IMG/VR virus record: IMGVR_UViG_3300030012_003256
Coordinates: 1-55,975 of that record
Reading direction: 5' to 3' (one strand)
DNA from: a virus
Lineage: Duplodnaviria > Caudoviricetes
Length of the DNA: 55,975 bases
Shown: piece after piece, positions 11,901 through 20,944 of the stretch
Layout: each line of letters begins with the position of its first letter
Numbering within the stretch: the first letter of the stretch is position 1
Program-made: the position numbers and the translations under genes
Notes under the pieces: generated by a model
The model's database searches: none
The model's input: the letters and a program-made list of their open reading frames with translations, nothing else
Told to the model about the DNA's origin: nothing

Positions 11901-12304
11901 GAATAAATCAACTACGAGTTGGTGATGTTGTAAATGTATCTATTCCTAGAGAAAATATTCCAATGAATGAATTCATTGTTTTAGAGATGGAACATCAACT
12001 TACTGGTTTTATTAAATTAGAACTTGGCCGTTATAGCAAAGACCTTTCCGACATTTTCTCTGAACTGCTAATTTCAAATAAAGAAACAAAAGCAGCCTTA
12101 AGGAGCAACGATTTAAACACACAGGAAGTCTCGTTTAATTTCCTTGACACGGTGGACACCAAAGAGATTAAATTGTTGGTCCGTAAGAGAAGTGCGACAG
12201 GGACGACGCTCGGCTTCACTACCCCGATTGGCTTTGGATTACCTATTGGATTCGGTGGCGGAACAATCACAATTACTGATTTATTGGAGAAGGATTTAGC
12301 ATGA
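5903..12304 (+). CDS. large tail tip/baseplate hub protein (2133 aa)
   Basis: Ser/Thr-rich beta modules; C-terminal hub-like region (NEINVYG...LRVGDVVNVSIP...FIVLEMEH). Confidence 0.65.
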   Translation: MSINIEGDDFNTPTNPYLIDSLSGASTGHRVYAVIATDGEISASITGWVSGSSITENNNLNNTKGFRIKCYDSLTTTGVRFNPSASDLNANDYFVLVHSDKPLQHHFAKITEVLTEDEYGDAFEFEPKLGNEIAKDTKFIIFQMPKNTGVVAISAGMKQDDDLGSLDNNFEGELVRRLSVARPLFYFYNDSLDKPNELDHNTKYMVLREVNDASTSNGATLSKADDSKPFTTVQDFGKKVIDYSRFSYSITMTDKLRDLDDDSTNSVSNEGSPASFNFSSSSDDYSGRFINAEREAEDKIDSTVSNMRYTGPKRYLHYDFSPTKSNFLYNVYDHTNTESIDGKGGFSETSIIDNGRIMPRKIKEFDAYRVRHNIHRGDMNEFFSLPATFSSKTSNAVFSFETEYNLNTVLNAGDEVKLGDNILIVQSFGSLSGTTQEITFQSSTHPFVRTENDGVFTAQSTTPTSGDVLKRRAYNATDGTLMLDISLLNGRFSKMYVSFTSLNHNERFATITACDAVKGMITLSFSDDSYNTNPLSFAKGQYQLFIERFNGEVENIESKKENGQTIMEIQGRDKFSKLLSPIVNLNTLFSEDIIYSSNSPYNKLASIKSGTNLSVALGAIYVDTGIVALTSNFDNYPAVGDKLFTVNGYLGEVVDLLFHATVNLRIEITPAITEANSEEIYIATEKNYILSKALGSSHLATNKPSSLTGAANKGLIFTSGNKIKRVSLTATTNGNTTVNISATGEDTSDLEAGMIISGHSGIPTGTTIVSVDSTSAITISASATNSAAEAGTVFFGGEDTSLVSTSANASEGAIGYAINKPSSISNDFAFQALLKDEHGSAGSSSFDTVNTLIDFEVVSTSKKDNITEIELAPYVPITLGRKIPNFGNTEGYTLTERATIEHTGANINSANPNIIEATNDGIKNLDRNDPVFIGASADTATFAGFVRTKKMIRGTADQSNLLYLDRDFTTTAGHKIYSVSKDTHDLFLINGAHLWGGKMLSLPHSKLTSSGPVPLNLDNIYGSNTDTNKKYGQSLYKTISMSFGQFNILLKEPSNAVYGFRRTYPNNSNFSYSTVAYKFSPNILSDNKNEFDKTGTGNDIHMDFDMRGFGSAYGSLFSGLERIRRNQDSKYPDDFSSSVSATESLLSSISQKVSNAATLFLYINSDLLPYSSLRKDSLMDGNKNLINYNLFLVENNKLKDKVLEFTETSSGNQLLLTDNSFQTISITDNTDISTLKRFGLMRLTEICFDIHFNLFNPEKDTVKNRDYFSASQINGYTFSAVGTLSSTSITNSLAASNTTLILDTVESSNPPTGTDILYDANFKRIGTVSSYNSGTKTITLTSAAILNDDATFTVGTVFQQSRLDIIFLEGTKDGNTFISKDRAHIQKGAIITDNYLSDSGDVWEGNNDGVLNMTNEDIISTPIRYRYSNAGGTLSATPRALPTKPMDEIFPASNVRQIFKHSIGVILDTYFIEQGQKHTIEKGVTIPFNIGNQVVFDDGTTNNFTNFITLGNTSPNYQFGDKYPDGTSNTLTASGSQPYEATGVKFGIKPRLYYDSGISGYSTATISSSNGDLFQYNFAVFTGSIGWIDFIDLTGCYLISEAGYDTDLQTAVDSGDENTNSCRNMNGVIPQDIIYVVSHTVRNDSDRQHRLVLDKELTHQEAYRILKPNETTFYDFMPEQIHLNMLSSKYTKMPEENKVYEVNQDIEIVEGTKEKTSTKEGPRRESFLSMFVAVDPDKQSNNENHLIVKNAENFLDILEEGEHSLFASDGENSMKISATVKSEFDFTGEQDIILTLSDMKTMKGVVSFSETFTLNTTEELKIDPTRACIGSTVSVGLEGEDLINELLEQEGIEFTTTSTDTPMYLAPNYQGVDLFSAIRYILDRKGMKLVEENNVFKIIPEDEDSLRTNITIDDSGNFLISDFEKVSTLFDFFNEINVYGNAHKAIRKDLRSIQKRGRKTLEVVDNTLLTQEEVDKRATKLLRIHSRLNQKLSFTMQNKGINQLRVGDVVNVSIPRENIPMNEFIVLEMEHQLTGFIKLELGRYSKDLSDIFSELLISNKETKAALRSNDLNTQEVSFNFLDTVDTKEIKLLVRKRSATGTTLGFTTPIGFGLPIGFGGGTITITDLLEKDLA

Positions 12305-12639
12305 TAACTGATGAACTAAAAAGCCAAATTGCAACGCACATCAAGGATAATCTCTTTGATAGTGCAAAAGTGGGACTTGGGGGGAATGCTACAAGTCCTA
12401 CTGCTACCGATTTAGATGTGCCTTTAAGTGTTGTTCCATCAATCGTTAAAACAAAATCAGATTTGAATGTTATTGAAGTAAAGGTATCGGTAGCAGGAAG
12501 TTCTATCCAAGGACAGGTTATCCGTGAAGTAGGATTATTTGATGGCAGTAATTTGGTATATAGAACCAACTTTGAAGGCGTAGGCCCATTTTCCACAGCA
12601 GAAACATTAGAACTGTTTATTTTGTTGGAGGTTGAATAA
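12301..12639 (+). CDS. small tail/fibre-attachment protein
   Basis: KVGLGG...IREVGLFD motif as in fibre/collar N-terminal domains. Confidence 0.55.
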   Translation: MITDELKSQIATHIKDNLFDSAKVGLGGNATSPTATDLDVPLSVVPSIVKTKSDLNVIEVKVSVAGSSIQGQVIREVGLFDGSNLVYRTNFEGVGPFSTAETLELFILLEVE

Positions 12640-14248
12640 TATGGGAAGCGCACTTAATCCAGATACATACGGGCAAAGCACAACAGGCAACGCAAATCAA
12701 ATTGAAGATGGCGTAGATTTTCCTCATAGTGGGATTATTAAGGCTCTTTCAGATGGAATGGGACAAAACTATGCAATTGATGGTTTTGATATTTCTAGTA
12801 CAAATGCTACTGCTTTAACGGTTGCAGCAGGTAAAATTTTCAGAGATGGACAATTAGTTTCTGTTTCGGGTGCAAGTTTAACTCTTTCTTCTACCTACAC
12901 AAATGGCTATCATCTTCTTGTTGCTCCAAGTGGTAGTACCCCTACGGTTGTTTTGAGAAATCCGTCTGCTGTTGATAAAGTTCCTGATATTACTTCTGGA
13001 GACACAATTATTGCCGTTATTACACATACTGGCGTTAATCCTTGTAGTATTCAGTTTTTAACAGTCCATAAAAGAGAGCATTCCCTAAGCATTGGCAGAA
13101 ATAACTCAAGCGTTTATACAGAAGGATTAACAATTAAAAGCAACGCAGGGGATATTGAGTTTGAGTCTTTGGAAACAGATAAGGACATCATTTTCAAAGT
13201 GAAGGATGGTTCTAGTGTAGTAGATAGATTAATCCTTTATGGTGATAATGACCCGACATTTCCGAATACAGAAGTGAAAATTGAAGGCTCATTGTTAGCA
13301 ACAGAAGATATTCAAGCAAATAAAATTTCCCTTGGATATGGAAATTCACCGACTTCTGGACTAGCAGAAATAAGGGCATATTCTCCATCAGAACCTATGG
13401 TTTTCAAAACTGGTTCGGCGGCAGAAAGAATGAGAATAGATACAGTTGGTAAAATTGGAATAGGAACAGCATCACCTCAAAATAAACTTCATGTGAGCCA
13501 TACTGGTGCAGATGGAGATAATGGTATCATCATTGTAAGAGAAGACTCTACTACCGCCGATACTGATTTATTAGGCGGTATTGGTTTTGATTCCACAGAT
13601 GGAAATGTCCCATCATCAGTTTTGGAAGCGTCTGCTTATATTGCAGCATTAGCGGCAGAAGACCACGGAACGGGAGATAAAGGAGCAGATTTGACTTTTG
13701 GAACCGCCGCCATTGATGAAAATGACGATACTGTTTCAACAGAACATATGAGAATCCTTTCGGATGGAAAGGTAGGTATTGGAACCAATGCTCCACTTCA
13801 TACTTTCCATGCTGTTGATAGGACAAATAATTTTCCATATCGTTTTGAAGTTTCTGAGGGAAATTTAAGAATTAACAAGTTTGGTCATTTGCAGATACAG
13901 AACGAAAACTCTGGAGATGCGAATGCTACTTCTTTTGATGACCCTTTTTGGCAAATAGCGCAAAGAGATACCGGGGAGTTAGATATTGCCTTTGGCACAC
14001 CGGGAACGGGTAATGCCTTTGTTGGGGCTAACGATGATATAATCTCTATGAAAAGGGATTCAAATAGTGCAACAGGAGCAAAACAAATCGGTTTTCTCGG
14101 AGCAACTGCTGTTTCAAGGCCAGCCGCACCTTCCGCCGTTTCATCTATTGCCTCTAGTGGAGGAGCCGCACCTGCTGACCCTGAAGCCAATGCTGACGCT
14201 ATCAATGCGCTAATAACTGCTTTAACAAATTTAGGGCTAATTGGCTGA
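12632..14248 (+). CDS. tail fibre / receptor-binding protein
   Basis: Repeated ERMRI..GKIGIGT..P...LHV fibre motifs; last gene of the tail module. Confidence 0.7.
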   Translation: MNNMGSALNPDTYGQSTTGNANQIEDGVDFPHSGIIKALSDGMGQNYAIDGFDISSTNATALTVAAGKIFRDGQLVSVSGASLTLSSTYTNGYHLLVAPSGSTPTVVLRNPSAVDKVPDITSGDTIIAVITHTGVNPCSIQFLTVHKREHSLSIGRNNSSVYTEGLTIKSNAGDIEFESLETDKDIIFKVKDGSSVVDRLILYGDNDPTFPNTEVKIEGSLLATEDIQANKISLGYGNSPTSGLAEIRAYSPSEPMVFKTGSAAERMRIDTVGKIGIGTASPQNKLHVSHTGADGDNGIIIVREDSTTADTDLLGGIGFDSTDGNVPSSVLEASAYIAALAAEDHGTGDKGADLTFGTAAIDENDDTVSTEHMRILSDGKVGIGTNAPLHTFHAVDRTNNFPYRFEVSEGNLRINKFGHLQIQNENSGDANATSFDDPFWQIAQRDTGELDIAFGTPGTGNAFVGANDDIISMKRDSNSATGAKQIGFLGATAVSRPAAPSAVSSIASSGGAAPADPEANADAINALITALTNLGLIG

Positions 14249-14320
14249 AATTTTTAGTTGTATGGGCTAATCTCCTGATTTAGCCGAACAAAATAAATTT
14301 TTCAGCATGGATGAAAAACC

Positions 14321-14362
14321 AAAAAAAAGGCGAGGGAGGCCGAAGCCCCCCTCATTTTTTTT
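14321..14362. terminator. bidirectional terminator-like hairpin at the convergence of the tail and replication arms
   Basis: A-run, GAGGGAGGC-cgaa-GCCCCCCTC stem, T-run, between convergent genes. Confidence 0.65.
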
Positions 14363-14492
14363 CTGACCATATCCCTAAACAGGCTCTACATTCCCACAAT
14401 TTAACTTGTTCGGTTGAACCCACATAAAAACCATATAGCCGTCTGGCTATGGTTTTTTCCGAACAATACGGGCAAGCCTGCTTTAGACCCAT
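14352..14492 (-). CDS. 46-aa Zn-ribbon protein
   Basis: Manual ORF MGLKQACPYC...WECRAC..; two CxxC motifs. Confidence 0.6.
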   Translation of the reverse strand: MGLKQACPYCSEKTIARRLYGFYVGSTEQVKLWECRACLGIWSEKK

Positions 14493-14496
14493 TCAA

Positions 14497-14643
14497 TCAC
14501 TTTTTAGAGTCTTCACTCATAAGACGCTTCATATATTCTTCAACGCTTTCATCGGTGATTGAAGTTCCACCAAAAGCGGCAAAGAAAAGAAGCATCAGAA
14601 TGATGACAAAAATGATTAATCCGAACCAATCCCAACCATCCAT
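14497..14643 (-). CDS. 48-aa membrane protein
   Basis: Manual ORF MDGWDWFGLIIFVIILMLLFFAAFGG..; start coupled to the upstream stop. Confidence 0.6.
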   Translation of the reverse strand: MDGWDWFGLIIFVIILMLLFFAAFGGTSITDESVEEYMKRLMSEDSKK

Positions 14644-15248
14644 TACCAATTCACCTCCAAATCTTTGTGTTCTCCATGCTCAATAGAGAATCCTTTAACA
14701 AACCCATTATCCTGACCATATTTCCAAAGGTCATATACTAACTGTGTATCTTTCATACAATACTCAACAACCTCATCAAATTTACCCATTTTCCATAATC
14801 GGGGCGCATCTGCACTTTCCATCAATTTAAAATCATTCATTGTGCATTTTACCAAGTTTTTGAGTTGGTATCGCTCGCCGTGTTCTTTTAATATTGCTTT
14901 TGAGGTGTCAATATACTTCTTATCTTTAAGGTATTTAGTGATACAAAAAATATCCATCGAGTCTCTTAATATGGGTAAATCAAAAGCACCGATATTGTGG
15001 CCTAATAATAGGCCACCCTTTTGTAAATGATTATCTAAATCATATTTTAGTTCACTCAATGATTTAACAATGTGCCCCGATTTAGCAAAGGATTCAACGG
15101 GTTCATCAACATAAACAGTCCCGTTGTTTCCATCCCAAGTGGCTACTGTTGAAACCTGAAACATATGGGTATTACCGAAACCACCAATGTCATACGACAT
15201 ATTTTTGGTTTCAAGGTCAATAGCCAAAACTGACACTTTAATCACCAC
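14643..15248 (-). CDS. RNase H-fold DEDDy 3'-5' exonuclease
   Basis: ExoI IDLET, ExoII GHNIGAFDLP, ExoIII YCMKDT. Confidence 0.8.
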   Translation of the reverse strand: MVIKVSVLAIDLETKNMSYDIGGFGNTHMFQVSTVATWDGNNGTVYVDEPVESFAKSGHIVKSLSELKYDLDNHLQKGGLLLGHNIGAFDLPILRDSMDIFCITKYLKDKKYIDTSKAILKEHGERYQLKNLVKCTMNDFKLMESADAPRLWKMGKFDEVVEYCMKDTQLVYDLWKYGQDNGFVKGFSIEHGEHKDLEVNW

Positions 15249-15465
15249 TAGACCAAAGTTTAGAAATCTTTTCTTCTTCTTTGTCCACCTTTGGTTCTTC
15301 GTTGAGGTCGGTTCGTCGCTTCAGGAAAGCCACGATTTGCTTATTTGCTACGCTTAACATAGCGCAACATTCCCAACCATCATCACCATAGGTATTCAAA
15401 GTATCAACGATAACATTTGGCCCTTTAGAGATTTCAAAATATAATACTGTATTTTCCCACTTCAT
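15238..15465 (-). CDS. DUF4177-like small protein
   Basis: MKWE...LNTYGDDGWE...AFLKR pattern. Confidence 0.6.
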   Translation of the reverse strand: MKWENTVLYFEISKGPNVIVDTLNTYGDDGWECCAMLSVANKQIVAFLKRRTDLNEEPKVDKEEEKISKLWSSGD

Positions 15466-16940
15466 TCTATATCACCTGCGATGTATTTAACATATTTGCT
15501 TTGCCCAATATTTGTTTCTTCAAACTTGTGCTTGATTGATGTGTAGTTGCGATAGACTTGAGATTGTGATTTCTTAGATTTCTTTTTCACAGTCTCAAAC
15601 AATTTTCCTTTGTGAACAAATCCTTCTTCATTTTTGTCAAGAACCTCAAATGCTTTCTTAAAGATTGATTCATCGGCTTTCTCGGCTTGCGACTTCTTCC
15701 GCACCCGTAGGCTTCGCTCCAACCAATCAACCAATGTCATATAAGACTGTCGGACAATTGTTGCGGCTTGACGGACATTATGCCCAGTTACGATGAATTT
15801 ATCGTTTTTATTTTTAATTGAAGGTGCAGACGCAACACTACATAGAACTGCCATTTTCATGAGAATTTTCATCAATCTGGTAGTAAAATTTGACGCAATC
15901 GCTTCAACTTCGGGGCGAGTATTCCAAAGATAATTGTTCATGTTATTGTATTCTAATCTGAGAACATCGTTGTAATCTGGTGAATACCTCATCACTTTAA
16001 GCGGGTCGCCGCCTACCTCTCTAAATCTTTCTTCAACTAATTCATAAATAGTAAATAAAGCATTTGAATATCTCTCAATCTCTTGCTCAACGGGAATGTA
16101 TTTTCCTGCTTGGTCAATCTGTTCAAGACGCATTTTGTGTTGAATAAACTTAGGAACTTCCCAAACAAACAAAAGCATTCTTTGAAGAACACCTTTTTCA
16201 GCCATAACATCATTTAGATTGCTAGGTGGATAAGTCATAGCCATAACAGAACGCTGTGAGAAACATTCCATAACTTGATTTTCAAAAGAAGTCAGAGCCT
16301 TTGAGATAATCCAAGATTCTCCAGCCAATGAATTCATTAGAGTATTCATATAGACAATGGACTTTTCTTGATGTTGGCTCTGTTTAAAGATACCCGAATA
16401 TTCAAACTCATCCCAATGAGCCAAACCGTTTCCTTCCAATTGACCAGCAATTCTTTCCCAAACAATTTCTCCTTCATCATCAAATTCTTTCTTAAATCCA
16501 CCGATAAGAACAGCATCTGTGTAATCTGTCAAACCAAAAATATCAAAGGTTCTTTTCATTGTTGGTCTATCTTTTAGAACCAATGAAGGGTGCTTCCCCT
16601 TAGCATTAATTTTTTCAAATACCTTTCTTGAAACAGGCCCAACAAAGTTCCACAATGTAGATTTACCAGTTCCGCTTGTTTGAACCCAACAAAAATGTAT
16701 TCGGGTATCTTCAAGATTGCTTCCACTTGGGACATAGATAAAGTCTTTAACAATTTGTCCAAGGATTGTAAAGAAAGAAATACCAGCAGGAATATCATTA
16801 TAATGAGAAAACTTTACTGCTTCCCCCTGAAAATCCCTAATTACTTTAGGTAATGCTTCTCTAAATACAGACGCATTGGCTTCAAAATTATCCCAATACA
16901 AATCCATGTCTTCGCTTTCATATAAATTTTCTTCTTTCAT
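15462..16940 (-). CDS. MCM-like AAA+ replicative helicase
   Basis: Walker A SGTGKS, Walker B HWDEFE, LQR and TTR arginine motifs, C-terminal winged-helix-like region. Confidence 0.65.
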   Translation of the reverse strand: MKEENLYESEDMDLYWDNFEANASVFREALPKVIRDFQGEAVKFSHYNDIPAGISFFTILGQIVKDFIYVPSGSNLEDTRIHFCWVQTSGTGKSTLWNFVGPVSRKVFEKINAKGKHPSLVLKDRPTMKRTFDIFGLTDYTDAVLIGGFKKEFDDEGEIVWERIAGQLEGNGLAHWDEFEYSGIFKQSQHQEKSIVYMNTLMNSLAGESWIISKALTSFENQVMECFSQRSVMAMTYPPSNLNDVMAEKGVLQRMLLFVWEVPKFIQHKMRLEQIDQAGKYIPVEQEIERYSNALFTIYELVEERFREVGGDPLKVMRYSPDYNDVLRLEYNNMNNYLWNTRPEVEAIASNFTTRLMKILMKMAVLCSVASAPSIKNKNDKFIVTGHNVRQAATIVRQSYMTLVDWLERSLRVRKKSQAEKADESIFKKAFEVLDKNEEGFVHKGKLFETVKKKSKKSQSQVYRNYTSIKHKFEETNIGQSKYVKYIAGDIE

Positions 16941-17626
16941 ATTTTCACCTTCTCTTCCGAGTTTAATGTGGAGATTATTCTGTTGGCTAAGGTTTCTCCA
17001 ATTCCTTCAACGGCTTGCAATTCATATGCTGAACACTCACCTATTTCCATAATAGAGCCAAATTGTTTTATTAGTTGTTTTGCTTTTTTAATAGATACGC
17101 CTTTGATACTGCTTAGTAAATCAATTCTTAAATCATCTGTTGTTAATCTTTTAAATACTTGTGGGGCTATTGTTTCTCTTGTTAGTGGTTTCATCTTACT
17201 TACTGCGGTTATAATCAATGCTGCTTCTTCTTCTGTTTGTACCCAAAAGGGCTTAATGTCTGTATCAAGAACAATCCTACCAATTGCTCCAAGAAATTTA
17301 TTATTCAACATAATACTTCTTGAACCGACTGTCATGTTGCTCTTTGAATTTTCAATAACATTCAAAATTGCTTCTTGCATATCTCCATGAATAATTACAA
17401 TATTAGTAGCATAATGTCTATCCATGTTGTCTAATTGCGTCCATAATCTTTTAGACATTACTGAACCTAAGAAATCCGTTGTTGATTTTGCTTCAAAACA
17501 AACATCATCAAAAACATAATCACCAATTTCTAACCATTTAGTTTCAGTTGGTATCTGCATGGCTTTTGCTTTCTGCATGACTAATTTAGCCAATTTTGAT
17601 TTTTCTCTTGAATCAATCACTAGCAT
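16937..17626 (-). CDS. ERCC4/XPF (Hef-type) nuclease with HhH
   Basis: IDSRE, GDY, FEAKS..D, and a C-terminal (HhH)2 (IKGVS/VEGIG). Start moved to MLVIDSRE. Confidence 0.85.
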   Translation of the reverse strand: MLVIDSREKSKLAKLVMQKAKAMQIPTETKWLEIGDYVFDDVCFEAKSTTDFLGSVMSKRLWTQLDNMDRHYATNIVIIHGDMQEAILNVIENSKSNMTVGSRSIMLNNKFLGAIGRIVLDTDIKPFWVQTEEEAALIITAVSKMKPLTRETIAPQVFKRLTTDDLRIDLLSSIKGVSIKKAKQLIKQFGSIMEIGECSAYELQAVEGIGETLANRIISTLNSEEKVKI

Positions 17627-18668
17627 TTGAATACCTCCAGCACTTGCCCACACAAAATCCTTCACTAATCAATCTATCACAATGCGGCGTATTGTAGTTA
17701 TTATGCACAGTAAATCTTGCGTGTTTCTTTGTGGTATTTTTATCCCAATCAAGCCATACTGAATCAGATTTACCAAAGACTCTTTCAAGTTCTTCAACCA
17801 CCGACTCAAGCACTTCCTCTTTAAGTTGGTGTGTATTTAGGTCTTGGTAGCCTGAAAGCAAGTCCCGATACCAAGAAACGAGGTATGCTCTTGCTATATG
17901 CGTCGGATTCTCCACCATGACCGCATTATGCAAACAGGGCAAAATAGGCAATTTTCCTACGCCCTTCGGCACAGAAACCGACCCTTGCATTTCCTTGATA
18001 GGGGGTGCTTCGGGGAAAATGGCCTCCACTTTTCCGCCCTTTCGGAAGGATAAAAGGCGAGGCTCTTTTGCTAATAAGAGTATTTCTTCAATACTAAGAG
18101 ATAAGTCATCAACTGTTAAAGGAACACAATAGAGAGCATTTCCTTGACCATCGGAAGAAGACATATTAACTGTATTTGGAACTCTTCGTAGTCGGGTAAT
18201 TTGACCAACTCTTTCATCAAGAGTATTATTTTTACCTACTTTAGAAATTAAGTATTCTTTAATTTCTTTAAAAAGAGTCTGAACATTTCTCATGTTATTA
18301 GTTCTCTTACCGAAAATGAACAAATGGAAACCACGGCCTGAAAAGAAAAGAGTATGAAGATAATTTCGTTGAATGACCAACTGCATAACCTCCTTTACAT
18401 CACGCCATGCTTTATCTAATTCATCTTCATGTGCATCAAAGTCCAAAAAAATTCTATCAATAATCACCGTTGAATCAATAGCCATTTTTTCACTAAAATG
18501 TTCAAAGTCATAAACAGTAGTATATACATTCGTTCTATTGTTTTGAGATTGAACGAATTTAATATACTGTTCTTTACTTTCCATCTTCTTTCTTTTCATC
18601 TGCGGAGCGTTTTTGATTTGACTTCCCGCCCAAACCATTCTCGGAAATTTCATTTTTATTACCTCCAA
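17613..18668 (-). CDS. archaeo-eukaryotic primase, PriS-PriL fusion
   Basis: LDFD, SGRGFH and RLRRVPNT catalytic motifs, then LPC..H..R...PHC..C..C of the PriL Fe-S domain. Confidence 0.8.
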   Translation of the reverse strand: MEVIKMKFPRMVWAGSQIKNAPQMKRKKMESKEQYIKFVQSQNNRTNVYTTVYDFEHFSEKMAIDSTVIIDRIFLDFDAHEDELDKAWRDVKEVMQLVIQRNYLHTLFFSGRGFHLFIFGKRTNNMRNVQTLFKEIKEYLISKVGKNNTLDERVGQITRLRRVPNTVNMSSSDGQGNALYCVPLTVDDLSLSIEEILLLAKEPRLLSFRKGGKVEAIFPEAPPIKEMQGSVSVPKGVGKLPILPCLHNAVMVENPTHIARAYLVSWYRDLLSGYQDLNTHQLKEEVLESVVEELERVFGKSDSVWLDWDKNTTKKHARFTVHNNYNTPHCDRLISEGFCVGKCWRYSNASD

Positions 18669-18939
18669 AATTAATTGTTGCTGTATTTAGTAATTCTTTA
18701 ATTGTTTCTGCTACCTGTACCTGTAATGAAGTATAAACTATATCTCCTAAGACATGATATAATTCCATACCAACATATGATTCTTTTATTCTAACTTCAT
18801 TGGCTAAAGTAAATCTTTCCATTAGTGTCAATTCCTCTGATAACTCATTACAAATTAATGAAATTGTTGATTTCAAATCTGCTATTTCATTAAATGTCCA
18901 ATTCCTTGATAGCACTTTCTTTTTAATTAGTTCTTTCAT
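18574..18939 (-). CDS. hypothetical protein
   Basis: ORF in a tightly packed operon; likely start MKELIKK. Confidence 0.55.
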   Translation of the reverse strand: MKELIKKKVLSRNWTFNEIADLKSTISLICNELSEELTLMERFTLANEVRIKESYVGMELYHVLGDIVYTSLQVQVAETIKELLNTATINFGGNKNEISENGLGGKSNQKRSADEKKEDGK

Positions 18940-18943
18940 TATA

Positions 18944-19861
18944 TCACAACCATGAATCATTTTGTGCCGCTTCACAAATTCCATAATAAGAACAATACTG
19001 AGAGCAGGTTTTCATGTAAAATGTAGCAGGGAAATGTCCTTGCTCATAAGTATAAATTAACTTAGCAATATTATCCCAAAGAGCCGTCATGGAACGCTTC
19101 TTAACAGGTTCAACGGTAATGTGATTAGCCACAGGATAATACCAACCCCAATGACTAACCTCCATGTCTTTTGTCAATCCATATTTTTCAAGCACTTCTT
19201 CGGGTGCATTCTCAATCATCAATTGATAGAAAGCCATTTCTTGACGCATAGAAGAAGCCTTAGAATCTTTCCAACTGCCTGTCTTATATTCAAAAGGAAT
19301 TAGTTTCCCATTCTCAATAAACACACGGTCAATGATACCTTGAAGTCTCACAACATAATCTCGTTGTAAAGGATATTTCTTACTTACATTTTTAGGAACA
19401 GTAATTTCACAATCAAATAATTTTTCATTGATAACTGGAAGAAATTCATCAACTCTTTTTTCGCTTTTTGCCTCAATGAACCGTTGTGCCTCAAATGCGG
19501 CAACAGTTAGAGAAATATCAAAATAATCATCAATAGGCATTAAAGCGGTGCAATATTCTAAAATTTCTGAGTTATTCATGCCCTCTGCCTTTTTAATATC
19601 AAATTCTTCAAAGAAAGCCTCTCTATGATTATGTAGAATAGTTCCTTTTCTCATCGCTTCTGTTTGGTCTGTTGGTAATCGCTGAATATAAGCAAATTCG
19701 TATTTCTTGTTGCACCAACCAAAAGAATTTACTAAAGAAGATTTACTAATCTTTAGAATTGGTTTTGATGGGTCGTCTGCATTTTCAGGCTTCCAATCAT
19801 AAGTAAAGTCTCTCATAGACTTAATTCTTGCTTCATATTTTTCATCTGTATTCAAAACCAT
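18944..19861 (-). CDS. Cas4-like PD-(D/E)XK exonuclease
   Basis: GTILH, GIIDR, EYKTG, QMAFY; one N-terminal Cys plus C-terminal CxxxCxxxxxC Fe-S ligands. Confidence 0.8.
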   Translation of the reverse strand: MVLNTDEKYEARIKSMRDFTYDWKPENADDPSKPILKISKSSLVNSFGWCNKKYEFAYIQRLPTDQTEAMRKGTILHNHREAFFEEFDIKKAEGMNNSEILEYCTALMPIDDYFDISLTVAAFEAQRFIEAKSEKRVDEFLPVINEKLFDCEITVPKNVSKKYPLQRDYVVRLQGIIDRVFIENGKLIPFEYKTGSWKDSKASSMRQEMAFYQLMIENAPEEVLEKYGLTKDMEVSHWGWYYPVANHITVEPVKKRSMTALWDNIAKLIYTYEQGHFPATFYMKTCSQYCSYYGICEAAQNDSWL

Positions 19862-20745
19862 TCCTCCAATGTTTTTTGTATTCTTCCTGTTCTAATACTG
19901 GATAAATCCCAGTCCATAGCCTTAAAAATAGGTTCAGCCTTCTTCAAAACCTGTTCGGCATAGTGTTCAAGGTCGGGAAGAAGGCCGCTAAAGTCTTTCA
20001 TTTCAACACCGGATATAAACTCAACGGCTCGTTTTTCATGTGTCAAGGGATGCGTATAGACATCGTTCATACCCTTTACTTTCAAAAATAAATATGAATC
20101 ATCAAAATTAGCGTCATATTTTTCCCAAGCATATAAAACACCAGCAATACCCGAACCTATTGATGGCTTTTTGCCTTCAATTGTAGTAAAGTTCTTTATT
20201 GGTGAAGCACATTTGGGGCAAGCCCTATATTTCATGGTAATACAATCTCTCAGATGATATTTTGAACGACATTCGGGGCATTTTACCTCAAAACGATTTC
20301 TTCTTAATCGGCTTCTTTTAATAAAAGAATCAAGAGGCATTTTACCAGACATGATTTCTTCATAGGTTTTATGAAGAGAGGCAACGATTTCTTCCTGTGT
20401 TTTCTCACTAACCCACATTTTAAGAGTCCGAGTTTGCACTTCTTTTGCCATTTTTGTTTCACTAACACGCTTTGCAGTAAAACCTGTCATTGTGAACTTT
20501 GGCTCATCAAGCCATACTCCATCATCCCAAGTAATCAATCCTGCGTTTCTGTTTTTCGTAGTGCCGACCCCAAGAGCCGAATAAAACTTTTCAAACTCCA
20601 GACTAACGGGATGCTGTTCAAGTCCGAGAACATTCGGGAAACTTTTTTTGACTTCATCTTCAATCACCTTAATTGCTTTTTGTGCGGCTTCTACGGAATC
20701 AATTTGCACATAGATAGAATCTGTATGTCCATAAACCACTTTCAT
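19852..20745 (-). CDS. polB: family B DNA polymerase, C-terminal part (motif C, thumb)
   Basis: Starts MKVVYGHTDSIYV; LEFEK, KNRNAG; CxxC...CxxC insertion. Confidence 0.85.
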   Translation of the reverse strand: MKVVYGHTDSIYVQIDSVEAAQKAIKVIEDEVKKSFPNVLGLEQHPVSLEFEKFYSALGVGTTKNRNAGLITWDDGVWLDEPKFTMTGFTAKRVSETKMAKEVQTRTLKMWVSEKTQEEIVASLHKTYEEIMSGKMPLDSFIKRSRLRRNRFEVKCPECRSKYHLRDCITMKYRACPKCASPIKNFTTIEGKKPSIGSGIAGVLYAWEKYDANFDDSYLFLKVKGMNDVYTHPLTHEKRAVEFISGVEMKDFSGLLPDLEHYAEQVLKKAEPIFKAMDWDLSSIRTGRIQKTLEEWF

Positions 20746-20749
20746 GTAA

Positions 20750-20944
20750 TCACCTCAAGGTAAAAAGCATACCAACTGGCTGTTGTTGCATTTTAGCGAC
20801 TTCTCCCTGAAGTTCCAAAATTTGTCTTTTCATTAATTGAAGAGAGCGAAGTTTAAATTCCATATGCTCCAATTCGTCTTCTAAATGCGCTTTCATCTTT
20901 TTAATTTCTTTAAGTGCTTCTAAATAATATTTTTCTTCTTTCAT
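20750..20944 (-). CDS. coiled-coil hypothetical protein (between polB halves)
   Basis: ORF track; SD present. Confidence 0.55.
   Translation of the reverse strand: MKEEKYYLEALKEIKKMKAHLEDELEHMEFKLRSLQLMKRQILELQGEVAKMQQQPVGMLFTLR

Noticed and set aside
2688-14205. Numerous antisense ORFs within tail genes (and + strand ORFs within the replication arm)
   Set aside because: Shadow frames of long genuine genes, with no motifs or SD.
12632-14248. Diversity-generating retroelement target in the tail fibre
   Set aside because: No reverse transcriptase and no TR/VR repeat pair seen in the window.
18944-19861. Cas4-like gene as evidence of CRISPR-Cas
   Set aside because: No cas1/cas2 and no repeat-spacer array; stand-alone Cas4-like nucleases are common in viral replication modules.
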